Positions 30,387 to 40,414 of a DNA stretch of 64,000 bases are shown piece by piece. The notes beneath the pieces were generated by a model. It was not told the DNA's origin, ran no database searches, and saw nothing but the letters and a program-made list of their open reading frames with translations. The DNA is from Candidatus Thorarchaeota archaeon (GTDB taxonomy: Archaea; Asgardarchaeota; Thorarchaeia; Thorarchaeales; Thorarchaeaceae): NCBI GenBank assembly GCA_016840855.1, contig JAEORO010000069.1, positions 32,001-96,000 on the forward strand, written 5' to 3'. The stretch's first letter is position 1. Each line of letters opens with the position of its first letter. A program made the position numbers and the translations under genes.

Positions 30387-31442
30387 TCAAACGTCACGAA
30401 TGCCTTCTTTCAAGACGGTGAATACCGCTTCACCTTCAGGAAGATTAGGCGAGTCTACAAGACGACAGATCCTTCGTTCGCCCTTTGACTTTCTGAGATA
30501 GCAGCGGGTTTGAGGTACATGTGCAAGTACATGTCCACCTACTGGAGCGGTTGGATCTCCAAAGAAAGCATCAGGTCGAGACATCACTTGATTTGTGATG
30601 TAAACAGCCATGTTGTTAATCTCTGCGCCTCGCTGAAGATGGTGCAGATGCTTGTTTAACTTCTGCTGCCTTGCTGCAAGAGTGCCTCTACCGGTATATT
30701 CTGCTCTGAAATGACTTGTGACTGAGTCTACGACTAGCAACTTGGCATTGTGCTCAGTAGCCATTTCCATGGCTTGATCACAAAGTAGGATCTGATGATC
30801 TGAATTATAGGCACGAGCCCATACGACATTCTTCAGAACTTTTGCACTATCCATTCCATATGCTTCAGCCATGTCAACAAGACGTTCTGGTCGAAAGGTA
30901 CCTTCAGTGTCAACGTAGATGGCTTTTGCATTCAATCCACCATCTTCAGGCAAGCGTTGTATATTTACGCATAATTGATGCGCCATTTGAGTCTTTCCAG
31001 ATCTGAAAGAACCATACATCTCAGTAATAGATTGTGTTTCAATGCCGCCACCAAACAATTCATCGAGAGCTTTCGATCCTGTTGAAATTCTACCAGCAGT
31101 TCTTCGGCGTTCGAGAAGAAGGTCCGCTGTTTCGAAACCGATATCCAGCATCTCACGAGCTGCTTTGATAATCTTCGTAGCAGTCGTTTCACCAATTGAT
31201 CCTGCAGCAGCAAGTTCACCTGGTGATGCAACAGCGATTGCTTCAACATTCTTATAGCCGGACTCAGCTAGACGTTTTCCAATAGCTGGACCTACACCCG
31301 GAAGATCAGTGACTTCAATGCCTGAAACGCTGGAGTCATCTCCTCCGGAGTCTTCTAATGTTTCTTCTTCAGTTCCTTCAAATTCCTCGTAATCCATTTC
31401 CTCGTCGTCGTGTTCTTCATCTGCTGCCTTCTTTGGTGACAA
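30387..31442 (-). CDS. radA: DNA repair and recombination protein RadA
   Basis: HhH LPGVGP, Walker A GSFRSGKTQ, DTEGTFRPER, LVVDS and RLVDSP.LPEGEA motifs; acidic N-terminal extension. Confidence 0.96.
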   Translation of the reverse strand: MSPKKAADEEHDDEEMDYEEFEGTEEETLEDSGGDDSSVSGIEVTDLPGVGPAIGKRLAESGYKNVEAIAVASPGELAAAGSIGETTATKIIKAAREMLDIGFETADLLLERRRTAGRISTGSKALDELFGGGIETQSITEMYGSFRSGKTQMAHQLCVNIQRLPEDGGLNAKAIYVDTEGTFRPERLVDMAEAYGMDSAKVLKNVVWARAYNSDHQILLCDQAMEMATEHNAKLLVVDSVTSHFRAEYTGRGTLAARQQKLNKHLHHLQRGAEINNMAVYITNQVMSRPDAFFGDPTAPVGGHVLAHVPQTRCYLRKSKGERRICRLVDSPNLPEGEAVFTVLKEGIRDV

Positions 31443-31644
31443 ATAGAAGACCTCCCATTATCACTCAACTTTGATCTTCAGATTTTGTTGAGTATCTAGA
31501 CGTGATAGTGTTGATTCACTGAGTATAAAAATAGCACTAGTGAACAGACCGAGTGATTAGACTATAACACTTCTAAAGAAGTTGACTCTATATACATCAA
31601 TCATTCCTAGATTCGTTACAATAATGATGTAATAGTAATCAGTT

Positions 31645-31971
31645 TCAACCACGCGTTAATGTGACAAGAATAAACTCTTCTTGAGGAGCGATTCGAATTC
31701 CACCCATGTTTGTTTGTATCTGAATGAATGCTAACTCTCCGCCTTCTTTAACACCTCTGACTATCTCCCAAGTCTTGCCAATCAATGCGCTTAGAAGTGC
31801 AGAAATTTCTTCGGCACGCTCTAGCGTAACACCCCAAGTGTTTATGGGAAATCCTTCAGGGCTTATGAATAATGCAGCATAGACATCTGGAAACTTGCTT
31901 GTAATATTTTGAATAATCCTCTCGAATATTTCACGCTTTGGCATTGCTGGCATGTTTTTGTACACATCCAT
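31645..31971 (-). CDS. Roadblock/LC7 domain protein
   Basis: AALFISPEGFPI....ISALLSAL....I.IQT..G.I.I pattern. Confidence 0.75.
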   Translation of the reverse strand: MDVYKNMPAMPKREIFERIIQNITSKFPDVYAALFISPEGFPINTWGVTLERAEEISALLSALIGKTWEIVRGVKEGGELAFIQIQTNMGGIRIAPQEEFILVTLTRG

Positions 31972-32129
31972 AGCAGTTTCTGGGTGTTCTGTATCTGAAA
32001 GGTGTTAAATGGACAAAGAAAAAGCTTGCTGTCATATAACTACCGGAAATATCCAATTTTCTAAAATGATTTCAGGAGATAAATTATAGAAAAGATTGAA
32101 GATTGGGTGTGAAATCCTGAAAGCAATCG

Positions 32130-32765
32130 GTGAATCTAGTGAAGTATCATGATGAGCTTCTTGAGTTAGAAGGAACAGGTATAACTATCTCGCGTATAAT
32201 TTCCAGACTTACGCCAGCTCCGCTCATAAACCTGTATATTGGGATTATATTTTCGATATCATCACCAATTGGTTTGGGACCTGTTCTTGATGCCGCATCA
32301 TCAATCATTATTTGTATAGTCATAATGGTCGTGCTCCCTGTTACACCTATTATCCTTGAAGCTTTGAAAGGGAATGTGGACTTGGATGTTTCCAAGCGTG
32401 AGAGTAGAACTAAGTTCTTTTTGTTTTCAATGATGTGCTATGTTATAGCATTCGCAGTATATGGCATACTGAGATGTCATATTATGAGCACGCTTGCTGT
32501 GACTTATTTTACTGTCACTTTGGGAGTTACATTGGTAAGCTTGAAATCGAAGATATCGGTTCATGGAGCAGGAGTTGGAGGTCCAGGTGCCGCATTGATC
32601 TATGTATATGGTCCTTTTGCTCTCATTGTTGGCATCATATGGGCGCTTGTAATTTACTCAAGGGTTACATTGAAACAGCACACTCTCATGCAGTCAATTG
32701 CTGGAGTATCACTTGGAGCAGTAATCGCGTGGATTACGTATTTCTACATCTATATCCCAATATGA
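32130..32765 (+). CDS. PAP2-like membrane protein
   Basis: KISVH and SRV.LKQHT..Q..AG motifs within TM segments. Confidence 0.7.
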   Translation: MNLVKYHDELLELEGTGITISRIISRLTPAPLINLYIGIIFSISSPIGLGPVLDAASSIIICIVIMVVLPVTPIILEALKGNVDLDVSKRESRTKFFLFSMMCYVIAFAVYGILRCHIMSTLAVTYFTVTLGVTLVSLKSKISVHGAGVGGPGAALIYVYGPFALIVGIIWALVIYSRVTLKQHTLMQSIAGVSLGAVIAWITYFYIYIPI

Positions 32766-32871
32766 TAAAAATGCACATTCAATTATTTTGTACTAAATCA
32801 GTTCATATGTGAACTTTCAATTTCTATCCTGAAGCCAGAGAGCTATCTAACCATAGGAATGTCATCCGACA

Positions 32872-34110
32872 ATGAATGATCAAGTAATTTGTCCCACCTG
32901 TGGGAAACGCGTCAGAAGAGGATCGACATTCTGCATAGGTTGTGGAAACAAAGTGCCTGAAGATTTGCCATCAGCGCCACCTGAACCAACACTCGAAGAG
33001 TCTGAGATATTAGATGAAGCCGATAAATTGCCGGGTTTAGATGAATCTGCTTTAGATGAAACTCCTGCTGAAGAACCTATTGCAGCAGATTCGGAGGTAT
33101 TACCTCCAGTTGGAGAGGATTTCAGTTGGGATGATGGAGAATTATCATCAGTTGAATTGAAACCAATTGAAGAAGATATTTCATTCGTTGAGGAATCTTC
33201 TACTGAAGAAGAGTCCGAGGTATCGATTGAAACTTCAGAGGAAGAGCCTGAGCAAGAAGAAGGAAAGAGTACTGATATGTCATGGGAGGAAGGTGTTGAA
33301 GATGTCAAAGTGGGAATGCCATTCACGGAGATAGAACCTCCCAGGGTTTATGATGAGGAGATTCCAGTAACGACGGAAGAGGCTCTAGATCACCTATTTC
33401 CTGAAGGAGCTCCAAAGGAGCTTCGCGAGGAAGCAAGAGAAGCTGTTGAACACCTATTTCCTGAGGGGAGAGGAACTACTACAAAAACGTTCATTGATGT
33501 GGTCGTTGGAAAACCATCAAAGATTGATTTGAAAGGACCTCTCCAAGAGTTAGAAACTCCTGTATGTCCGAATTGTGGCGTTGCTCTCACCTCAGATGAG
33601 TTTGAGTATCCAAGCTATGTCTTTGAGGCTATGGGCAAAGCAAGGATTGATCATGGGGAACAACTCCTCCATGAGAATGAACACGAAAAAGCGATTGAAT
33701 CTTTTGAAATAGCCAAGATGCTTTTCGAAAGAGCAAGAAATGAGAAGGGCATCGCAGAAAGTACAAAGAGAGTTGATATTGGATATGATGCGATGGCCAA
33801 GTTCCATTTTGACCAAGGCGAGAACCATATGAAGGTCAACGAGTACGAATGGGCGATTGTTCAATTTAGGAAGGCAAGAGAACTCTATATGTTCAGCACC
33901 GATGCTAAGAAGCGAGCTCGTTGTTCAGAAAAAGTTAGAGAAGCGTATATAGAATGGGGAAAAGATTTGGAATCCCAAGGAGACCAATTATCCAAGCAGG
34001 GGAGTTCCCGGGATGCATTAGCCAAATATCAAGAAGCCGCAGCTAAGTATAGAGAGGGCGATGATCAAAAGAGGCTGAAAGGCCTTGACAAGAAAATCAG
34101 GAAAGCGTAA
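32872..34110 (+). CDS. Zinc-ribbon / acidic disordered region / TPR-like helical repeat protein
   Basis: CPTCG..FCIGCG, Glu-rich linker, CPNCG, then TPR/SNAP-like helices (AIESFEIA, AIVQFRKA, ALAKYQEAA). Confidence 0.75.
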   Translation: MNDQVICPTCGKRVRRGSTFCIGCGNKVPEDLPSAPPEPTLEESEILDEADKLPGLDESALDETPAEEPIAADSEVLPPVGEDFSWDDGELSSVELKPIEEDISFVEESSTEEESEVSIETSEEEPEQEEGKSTDMSWEEGVEDVKVGMPFTEIEPPRVYDEEIPVTTEEALDHLFPEGAPKELREEAREAVEHLFPEGRGTTTKTFIDVVVGKPSKIDLKGPLQELETPVCPNCGVALTSDEFEYPSYVFEAMGKARIDHGEQLLHENEHEKAIESFEIAKMLFERARNEKGIAESTKRVDIGYDAMAKFHFDQGENHMKVNEYEWAIVQFRKARELYMFSTDAKKRARCSEKVREAYIEWGKDLESQGDQLSKQGSSRDALAKYQEAAAKYREGDDQKRLKGLDKKIRKA

Positions 34111-34115
34111 GATTG

Positions 34116-35039
34116 CTAGTCTTTCCTCGGTTTGAACCCTGTGAGTCGAAGTATATTATCTCTAAAAATCAAATCAACATCTTCCTGTTTATAATTAAAT
34201 TTAGGTAACAAAGACTTGACTGCATTGTACTGCTCTTCTAGTATGTTATATCTAAATCCACGAGGAAAGAATGAAGAATCAGTCCCAAAAACAACTCTGC
34301 AAGAAGCCCCTGCTTTCAAGGCACGTTCAAAGATTTTAGTTATTGTTAAGTCCACCTCTTGATAGTTCATCCAGTTGTTGCTACCACTTGTATCCATCAC
34401 AACATTATGAGTCTGATACATGAGCATCAATACCTCGCGGAAAAATCCAGCTCCGAAATGGGCAATCATGAAGTTCAAATCGGGAAAATCAAGTGCAGGC
34501 TTTTGTATATCTAAGGGGTTTCCATAACGAAGGTTAGCCTGAGTCCCTATAGTTATACCAAAATGAAGAATAACCAGTAGTTTTTGCCTAAGAGCTTCCT
34601 CAAAGATTGGGTATACTCGATCATCATACACATGGAAATCCCAAGAGCTGGGGTATAATTTTATTCCTTGAAACTCATCCTTTCCAGCTCGTTTCACGTT
34701 TTCTACTGCGTTTTCATCAGCAGGATTGATATTAGCATACCCTAGAAATCGACCTGGAAACCGTTTTCTAGTCGCATTAAATTCATCCCAGACCTCTTCT
34801 CCAATCATCATACCAATAGCTGTAATTCCATACTTATCTAATTCATCAGCCCACATCTGACCAGCATCCCAAGTTTCATCAGGGATTGTAAGTTTTGGCA
34901 TATCAGTCTGAAAAGCGACTCTATTCTGCATTCGCTCAAGTGAAGCTCCGCTCTCTATCCATCGTTTAATTGTGTTATATGTAAAGAAGTGCGCATGACT
35001 GTCAATCACTTCAGTTCCAATTTTTGATATCACAATCAT
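34116..35039 (-). CDS. Amidohydrolase_2 family metallohydrolase
   Basis: IDSHAH, GIKLYP, HFG, AHFG and FGTDS motifs. Confidence 0.88.
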   Translation of the reverse strand: MIVISKIGTEVIDSHAHFFTYNTIKRWIESGASLERMQNRVAFQTDMPKLTIPDETWDAGQMWADELDKYGITAIGMMIGEEVWDEFNATRKRFPGRFLGYANINPADENAVENVKRAGKDEFQGIKLYPSSWDFHVYDDRVYPIFEEALRQKLLVILHFGITIGTQANLRYGNPLDIQKPALDFPDLNFMIAHFGAGFFREVLMLMYQTHNVVMDTSGSNNWMNYQEVDLTITKIFERALKAGASCRVVFGTDSSFFPRGFRYNILEEQYNAVKSLLPKFNYKQEDVDLIFRDNILRLTGFKPRKD

Positions 35040-35124
35040 CCTATCCCTAAGATTCTCTATAGCTATTCTAGTTCGAGCTCATTAGGTAATAAGAACTCAC
35101 TTGTGGCATGGATTGGATTTTAGG

Positions 35125-37296
35125 TTAAATCCAATCGCCAGTTTCGAGCTTTCGAGGAAGATACTCATCAGTGAGATACTCGAAACTGTGGCTAGCAAAG
35201 GCTTGAATCTCTGCCTTCTCTTTAAGCCTCAACATTAGTTCTAAATCTTCAACCCATGGTTTATTTCGTTTAACAAATGGTTCTTTCAGCATATCTTTGA
35301 CTCGTTTAATATCAGTAGGCTGCATTGGAATCCTTACTGCTTTAGGAATCTTATATTCATCCAAATCACGACTTAGGACACCAAGAAGCTTAAGCTCAGG
35401 GGTAGCAATGAATGGAGATTCGTAGCTAAGTCTCTTACTTCCTCTGAGAAAGACCGAATATATGTAGTGACCATAAGGATCAGAGTCAACAAGTGCAAAA
35501 GCTGGTATCTCAAGCTCTTTAACAAGCATCTTTAGAAAAGCTCTGGTAGCAATATCTCCTGAACCCTTACCAGTTATCACAATACATGGTTGACGATTCC
35601 AATATTTCGCTTCTGCTAGTCGCATAACTGCAGCATCCTTCTCAGATAATATGATGAACTCGGCATCACTTTCGACTATCTCTAGCTGGTCCAAGAAGGG
35701 TGTAACAGCCCATCCACCTGTACCCATCTTTGTAAGATCGATAAGATCACCGCCATCCCGAATAGTGACCCGACCCATTGCGGAACCACGAGCAGATGCC
35801 ACGACATGAATACTATCACGTGTGGTCTGAATCATTGAAGCAACGTCTTCAATGATCTTATCGCTGTACTTCTGTTCTCTAAATAGATTAACATCACTGT
35901 AGTAAACTTCTCTTTTGGTAGCATGTAAATTAGATTTGAGAAGGTTAAACACAATCTCCATCACGCGCGCGGTTCTTGTTGCATCAACAACTGATGCAAG
36001 CGAGTGATATGGACGAGATATTGTACGCATTCCCAGAAGGAGTAAGTCGCGTACCTCATCCCATACTATGTTGTCACCAGACCTGCTTGGGATATCAAAT
36101 GCAGGCCTGCCAGTCAACATGGTTTCGTTTAGAATATCGATTGCTGTATCTATAATCCTCTCAGTTGTATCATCTGCTGTGAGGTTTACAACTTCGACGG
36201 TTTCAATAATAGGTTCTACACTTTCACCAGGTTCTTTGGAGGCTTGAACTCGCTTCTCTGCAGCAGCCCAGTTTTCCTTCATCTCATCGGCTAAATTCTT
36301 GATGGTTGTAGGAACACTCAACCCCGATTCCTTTCTTGTTGGTTTGGGCTTCTTTTTTGGTGGTGGTTTGAGTGTCTTTGTTGGTCCTTTAACTGGAGGA
36401 GCTTTCTTACCAGGAACAGCTTTCTTTGATGGTTTCTCTTTTGTTGGTTTTTTCCGAGGTTTGGGTTCTATCACTGTTTCTTCCTTCTCTGGCGTCGTCA
36501 TTGTTTCTGTCGAAGTTGCAGGTGTAGGTGTAGGTGTAGGGATCGGTTCTACGGTCAGTTCAGCTAGTTCCTGTTCCCGAACCATATCTTTTGCAGCATT
36601 AACAATTGACGCTGCTCTCGCGATACTAAGGCCGCCAACTTTCTTTGCGACATTCTCAGGTGAGGCTCGAGCCAACCGAGCAACAGAATCATAACCAGCA
36701 CGCTCCATGGAAAGAGCAAGTTTAGATCCTAAGCCAGGAACATCTGTGAGCGATAGTTTCGGAGCTCTGATTTCCTCTTCTGGAGCCTCTGGCTGAGGTT
36801 CAGAAGGCTCTGTTATTGCAGGAGTTGATACACTTCGTTTCACCAGATCTTTTGCAGCATCTGTAAGTTTCTTTGCTCCGGCTTGACTAAGTCCCTCGAC
36901 TTTCTTCGCTAGTGAAGGAGGTCTTGCGCGAGAAATCTTTTCTACAGTTTCATATTTTGCTTTGATGAGCTTTTCTTGAAGTTTGGATCCTACACCAGGA
37001 AGGTCAGTTAAACTAAACGCACTTTCTGGTAGTTCGGTCGGAACCTCTTTCTTTGGTTTGGGTTCTTTCTTCTGCTTTTTCGACACAGCCTTCTTTTTAG
37101 GAACTACTTTCTTCTCAGAGCCTTTTTTTGACACACGTTTTGGTTTCTTTGAGCTTGCTGCTTTTTGGTCTGGCTTCTTTGTTTTCTTCTTTGTTGACTT
37201 TGCTTTGGTACTCTTCTTCGTCTTGGGCTCTTCAACAACCTCATTCAGTGTTGCTTGAATTGTAGTTGACTTTTCCTTGGCTTTTTTACGGCTCAC
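35125..37296 (-). CDS. top6A: DNA topoisomerase VI subunit A with a long N-terminal Lys-rich/HhH extension
   Basis: TKREVYY (catalytic Tyr), EKDA, G.G..ATR, DSDPYG and KAEIQA motifs. Confidence 0.93.
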   Translation of the reverse strand: MSRKKAKEKSTTIQATLNEVVEEPKTKKSTKAKSTKKKTKKPDQKAASSKKPKRVSKKGSEKKVVPKKKAVSKKQKKEPKPKKEVPTELPESAFSLTDLPGVGSKLQEKLIKAKYETVEKISRARPPSLAKKVEGLSQAGAKKLTDAAKDLVKRSVSTPAITEPSEPQPEAPEEEIRAPKLSLTDVPGLGSKLALSMERAGYDSVARLARASPENVAKKVGGLSIARAASIVNAAKDMVREQELAELTVEPIPTPTPTPATSTETMTTPEKEETVIEPKPRKKPTKEKPSKKAVPGKKAPPVKGPTKTLKPPPKKKPKPTRKESGLSVPTTIKNLADEMKENWAAAEKRVQASKEPGESVEPIIETVEVVNLTADDTTERIIDTAIDILNETMLTGRPAFDIPSRSGDNIVWDEVRDLLLLGMRTISRPYHSLASVVDATRTARVMEIVFNLLKSNLHATKREVYYSDVNLFREQKYSDKIIEDVASMIQTTRDSIHVVASARGSAMGRVTIRDGGDLIDLTKMGTGGWAVTPFLDQLEIVESDAEFIILSEKDAAVMRLAEAKYWNRQPCIVITGKGSGDIATRAFLKMLVKELEIPAFALVDSDPYGHYIYSVFLRGSKRLSYESPFIATPELKLLGVLSRDLDEYKIPKAVRIPMQPTDIKRVKDMLKEPFVKRNKPWVEDLELMLRLKEKAEIQAFASHSFEYLTDEYLPRKLETGDWI

Positions 37297-39296
37297 TCAA
37301 GCTCACCTTCTTCAATAACTTCTTCTTCATCATCTAGAGGGATGTCAGCAATAAGATCAGTTCCAAAAGCGTCAGTTTCAGTTTCTTCTTGATCTTCAAC
37401 AGTTTCGAAACCTGTGATTGAGTCCCTTATTTTACCTGCAATTGTTTCAGCATCAAAAAGAGGTTTCTTCTTACCATCATTGGCAATGGTCACCAGACTC
37501 TGTGCAAATTGGTCAGCATACATTGCAAGAATTCCAGCTCGTTTTGCCTTTCTTCGAGCTGTTTCACGTCGTGTTATGAATCTCCTAAATTTACGTCCTG
37601 CATCTTCAAGAGCGAGTTTAATCTCTCTAAGAAGCACCTCATCCTCTGCAAGAGCTTGTTTGCTCTGGCCCTTGAACATGACGTGAACATATGCTCCAGC
37701 AACGTGAATGAATACCATAACAGGACCACGAGGAATTCCATTGTCAAAAGTCTGCAGTTTATAGTTCCTCCAATTTACTGATGCAGTTGCTTTCCAGGTA
37801 GCACAATCACTATTATCTCTTAATTTTGGTACTCGATTTACAAACCTCCAAAGGACCATAGGTGCTGAAGAGGCAGGTTTTATTTCACCGCCATAAGCAA
37901 TGCAAACCTCGATGGCGAAAGAAAGACCTTTTCCAGATGTAGGTTTTCTTGTTACTGCAGCAACAAAGTCAGGTTTGTAGGCCATCTTTATTGTCTGTTC
38001 AAATATCTCTTCACCAACAGGAACAACTGTATCTGTAGGAGGAGCAATATAGTCCTCACTTGAAAAAGCTCGATAAAGGAGCTCGACCTCAGTCTTCGAA
38101 AGAGTGTCGGTAGGAGTTGTCATTTTAAGGTCATCTAGATGCCTTCTTCTGAGATCCTTACTAGCGTTCGATACAATTGTCTTTGCTTTATTAGTGCTAA
38201 GTCGACAAAATGCTTTGGTTAGAAAGCTTCTAAGATCAGGTTCTCTGGTTTCTCTTAAGAGATCTTGGAACTCACCAATCCTTATACTTGCAGGGTGTGG
38301 TTGAGCGTATTTTGGCTCTTCCGGAAAAGTACTAACTCTACGAGGATGTATGTGAACTACACCGTATGGATCAATGAAAATAATCGTGACATGGGAGTTC
38401 AGAAGCGAGGCCATCTCAGCATAAATGTCAGCATAACCTCGTCGGTATTGGATATTCAAATAATACAATCTAATGTAGGTGCCATGGTGAAATGGAAGAT
38501 CCATATTTACTGGTCCGCCAACATGTTCCTTTGTGTTTGCAGTAGTTGTGTAGAAGTTGGTGACAGTAGCAGTATCAGAGTGGAATCTTTTCGATATCGT
38601 GAAGATTGGTTTTCCAGTGGTATTCTGAGCATCACTGAAGGCTGAAGGTGCACCAAATCCTTGACTTCCTCTTGTTTGTCTTAGTTTCTCAGACTTACTT
38701 GACGCAAGATAGATGCCAAATTTCTCAAGGTCATTCGGGACCATACCAACGCCAGTATCAAAACAAGTGAACTCGTATACTTTGAAACCTTCTTCATCAT
38801 CAATAGATACTAAATCAGGCATTTGCACTTCCTTTAATTCCATAACGACTATTGGCTCTCTCTTTGACAATAATGAACGTAAAGGCATTACAAATTTTCT
38901 GAATTCTGTTATTCTTTCATCAATAGTTTCTTTTCGTCGCTGCGGAATTTCTATTTCCTTTCCAGCCTTCACATCTCTTTCAAGCTGCTTACTTAGGGCA
39001 ATGGTATCAATTTGGCCTTCTTCAAGTTTGGCTCGGACCTCAGCTATAACAGCGGGATCTAGTTGATCTTGAAGACGTGGGTGCCTTTTTGTCTTCCACC
39101 ACCAGCTTTCAAGCGCATCGATAGCGTTGTCCAAGAACTCGATCGCATATTGGGTATGCTTGTTAAGACCAGTTTCAAATCCAACAAGCTGCGTACGTTT
39201 TCGCATGAATTTTGCAATTGTCCCCTGCTTGATGTCTCCTGTTTCGACCTTGGCTGGGGCTGGTGTTGGATTTGAGTTCGATTTCTTATCGGACAA
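37293..39296 (-). CDS. top6B: DNA topoisomerase VI subunit B
   Basis: GHKL motifs EFLDNAIDA, DTGVGM, QTRGSQGFG and HGT; PHP; RFVNRVP. Confidence 0.93.
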   Translation of the reverse strand: MSDKKSNSNPTPAPAKVETGDIKQGTIAKFMRKRTQLVGFETGLNKHTQYAIEFLDNAIDALESWWWKTKRHPRLQDQLDPAVIAEVRAKLEEGQIDTIALSKQLERDVKAGKEIEIPQRRKETIDERITEFRKFVMPLRSLLSKREPIVVMELKEVQMPDLVSIDDEEGFKVYEFTCFDTGVGMVPNDLEKFGIYLASSKSEKLRQTRGSQGFGAPSAFSDAQNTTGKPIFTISKRFHSDTATVTNFYTTTANTKEHVGGPVNMDLPFHHGTYIRLYYLNIQYRRGYADIYAEMASLLNSHVTIIFIDPYGVVHIHPRRVSTFPEEPKYAQPHPASIRIGEFQDLLRETREPDLRSFLTKAFCRLSTNKAKTIVSNASKDLRRRHLDDLKMTTPTDTLSKTEVELLYRAFSSEDYIAPPTDTVVPVGEEIFEQTIKMAYKPDFVAAVTRKPTSGKGLSFAIEVCIAYGGEIKPASSAPMVLWRFVNRVPKLRDNSDCATWKATASVNWRNYKLQTFDNGIPRGPVMVFIHVAGAYVHVMFKGQSKQALAEDEVLLREIKLALEDAGRKFRRFITRRETARRKAKRAGILAMYADQFAQSLVTIANDGKKKPLFDAETIAGKIRDSITGFETVEDQEETETDAFGTDLIADIPLDDEEEVIEEGELE

Positions 39297-39594
39297 TGTA
39301 ATTCGCTCCTAATTAGGAATCTATTGTGCATCCTCTGTCAATTCGCTAGGATTGATTTCCATACGAAACGGCATTCTGCGCTGAATAGTCGGATTTCTCT
39401 TATTGTATATTAATCATTTCTGTCACTAATCCCTTCAAAACGCCTCTTTCTGTTATTTGGTACTAAATGAAGCACTTTTGAAGTCATAGATAGATTAGTA
39501 GAATGGTTAAAATCATATTAGAACACGTGTTCTAAACTTATCGGTCATGAATTGATATAGGAACAAACTTTTCCGAGGAACGCACGTCGATATC

Positions 39595-40404
39595 ATGAGC
39601 ATAATTATGAAGTCTACAATCATGTCTGCAATTGCCTTGAGATCGATTCCGATTATCAAATCAGGAGATGATTTGACTACATTAATTCTTGAATCAATTA
39701 AAATGGAAGGAATCAGCCTAGAAGATGAAGATGTTATAATCATCGCTTCCAAGATTGTTTCAAAATCTGAAGGAAGACTAGTTCGAGCATCAGATATCAG
39801 TGTTTCAAAACAGGCGGAGAAGATTGCTAAAAGAAATGCATTCGACCCAGTTCATGTGGAGCTTGCAATACGCGAATCAGCAGCGATACTCAAGATTGAT
39901 GGTGTGCTGATCACAGAAACACAATCAGGACTAATCTGTAACTTCAGTGGAGTCGACAAGTCTAACGCGCCTGTGGACGAATATGTTTTGCTACCAAAAA
40001 ATCCAGACTACTCTGCAGAACAGCTGCGTTTAAAGCTCGAGGGAAAAACTGGAGTGAAATTAGCTGTTATAATCTCAGACTCACACGGTAGACCTTGGAG
40101 AAAGGGATTGGTCAATGTAGCTATTGGATGCTCGGGAATTAATGCCTTCAAGTATAACAAAGGAAAAAATGATCTCTATGGAAGAATCTTGAAACGATCA
40201 ACTGTATGTCAGATTGATGAATTAGCTGCATTTGCTGAGCCATTGATGGGACAGGCTGGTGAAAGAGTTCCAGCTGTAATTATTAGAGGATATAGGTATT
40301 CGAAGGGGATGGAAAGAGCGGTAGATATCAATAGAGCAAAAGAAGATGATGTTTCACTACTAACTGAAAAAGAGAAAGTGATGGGCTCAAAAAAGAGCCC
40401 TTAA
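39595..40404 (+). CDS. cofE: Coenzyme F420-0:L-glutamate ligase
   Basis: IP.IKSGDDL, SKIVSKSEGR, GVDKSN, LP..PD.SA and DSHGRPWR.G motifs. Confidence 0.9.
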   Translation: MSIIMKSTIMSAIALRSIPIIKSGDDLTTLILESIKMEGISLEDEDVIIIASKIVSKSEGRLVRASDISVSKQAEKIAKRNAFDPVHVELAIRESAAILKIDGVLITETQSGLICNFSGVDKSNAPVDEYVLLPKNPDYSAEQLRLKLEGKTGVKLAVIISDSHGRPWRKGLVNVAIGCSGINAFKYNKGKNDLYGRILKRSTVCQIDELAAFAEPLMGQAGERVPAVIIRGYRYSKGMERAVDINRAKEDDVSLLTEKEKVMGSKKSP

Positions 40405-40414
40405 GTGAGTCTTA

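Noticed and set aside
36299-37258. Phe/Gly-rich plus-strand ORFs, and the many other short ORFs overlapping long genes
   Set aside because: Antisense or alternate-frame shadows of well-supported genes; here the complement of the Lys/Pro-rich top6A extension.
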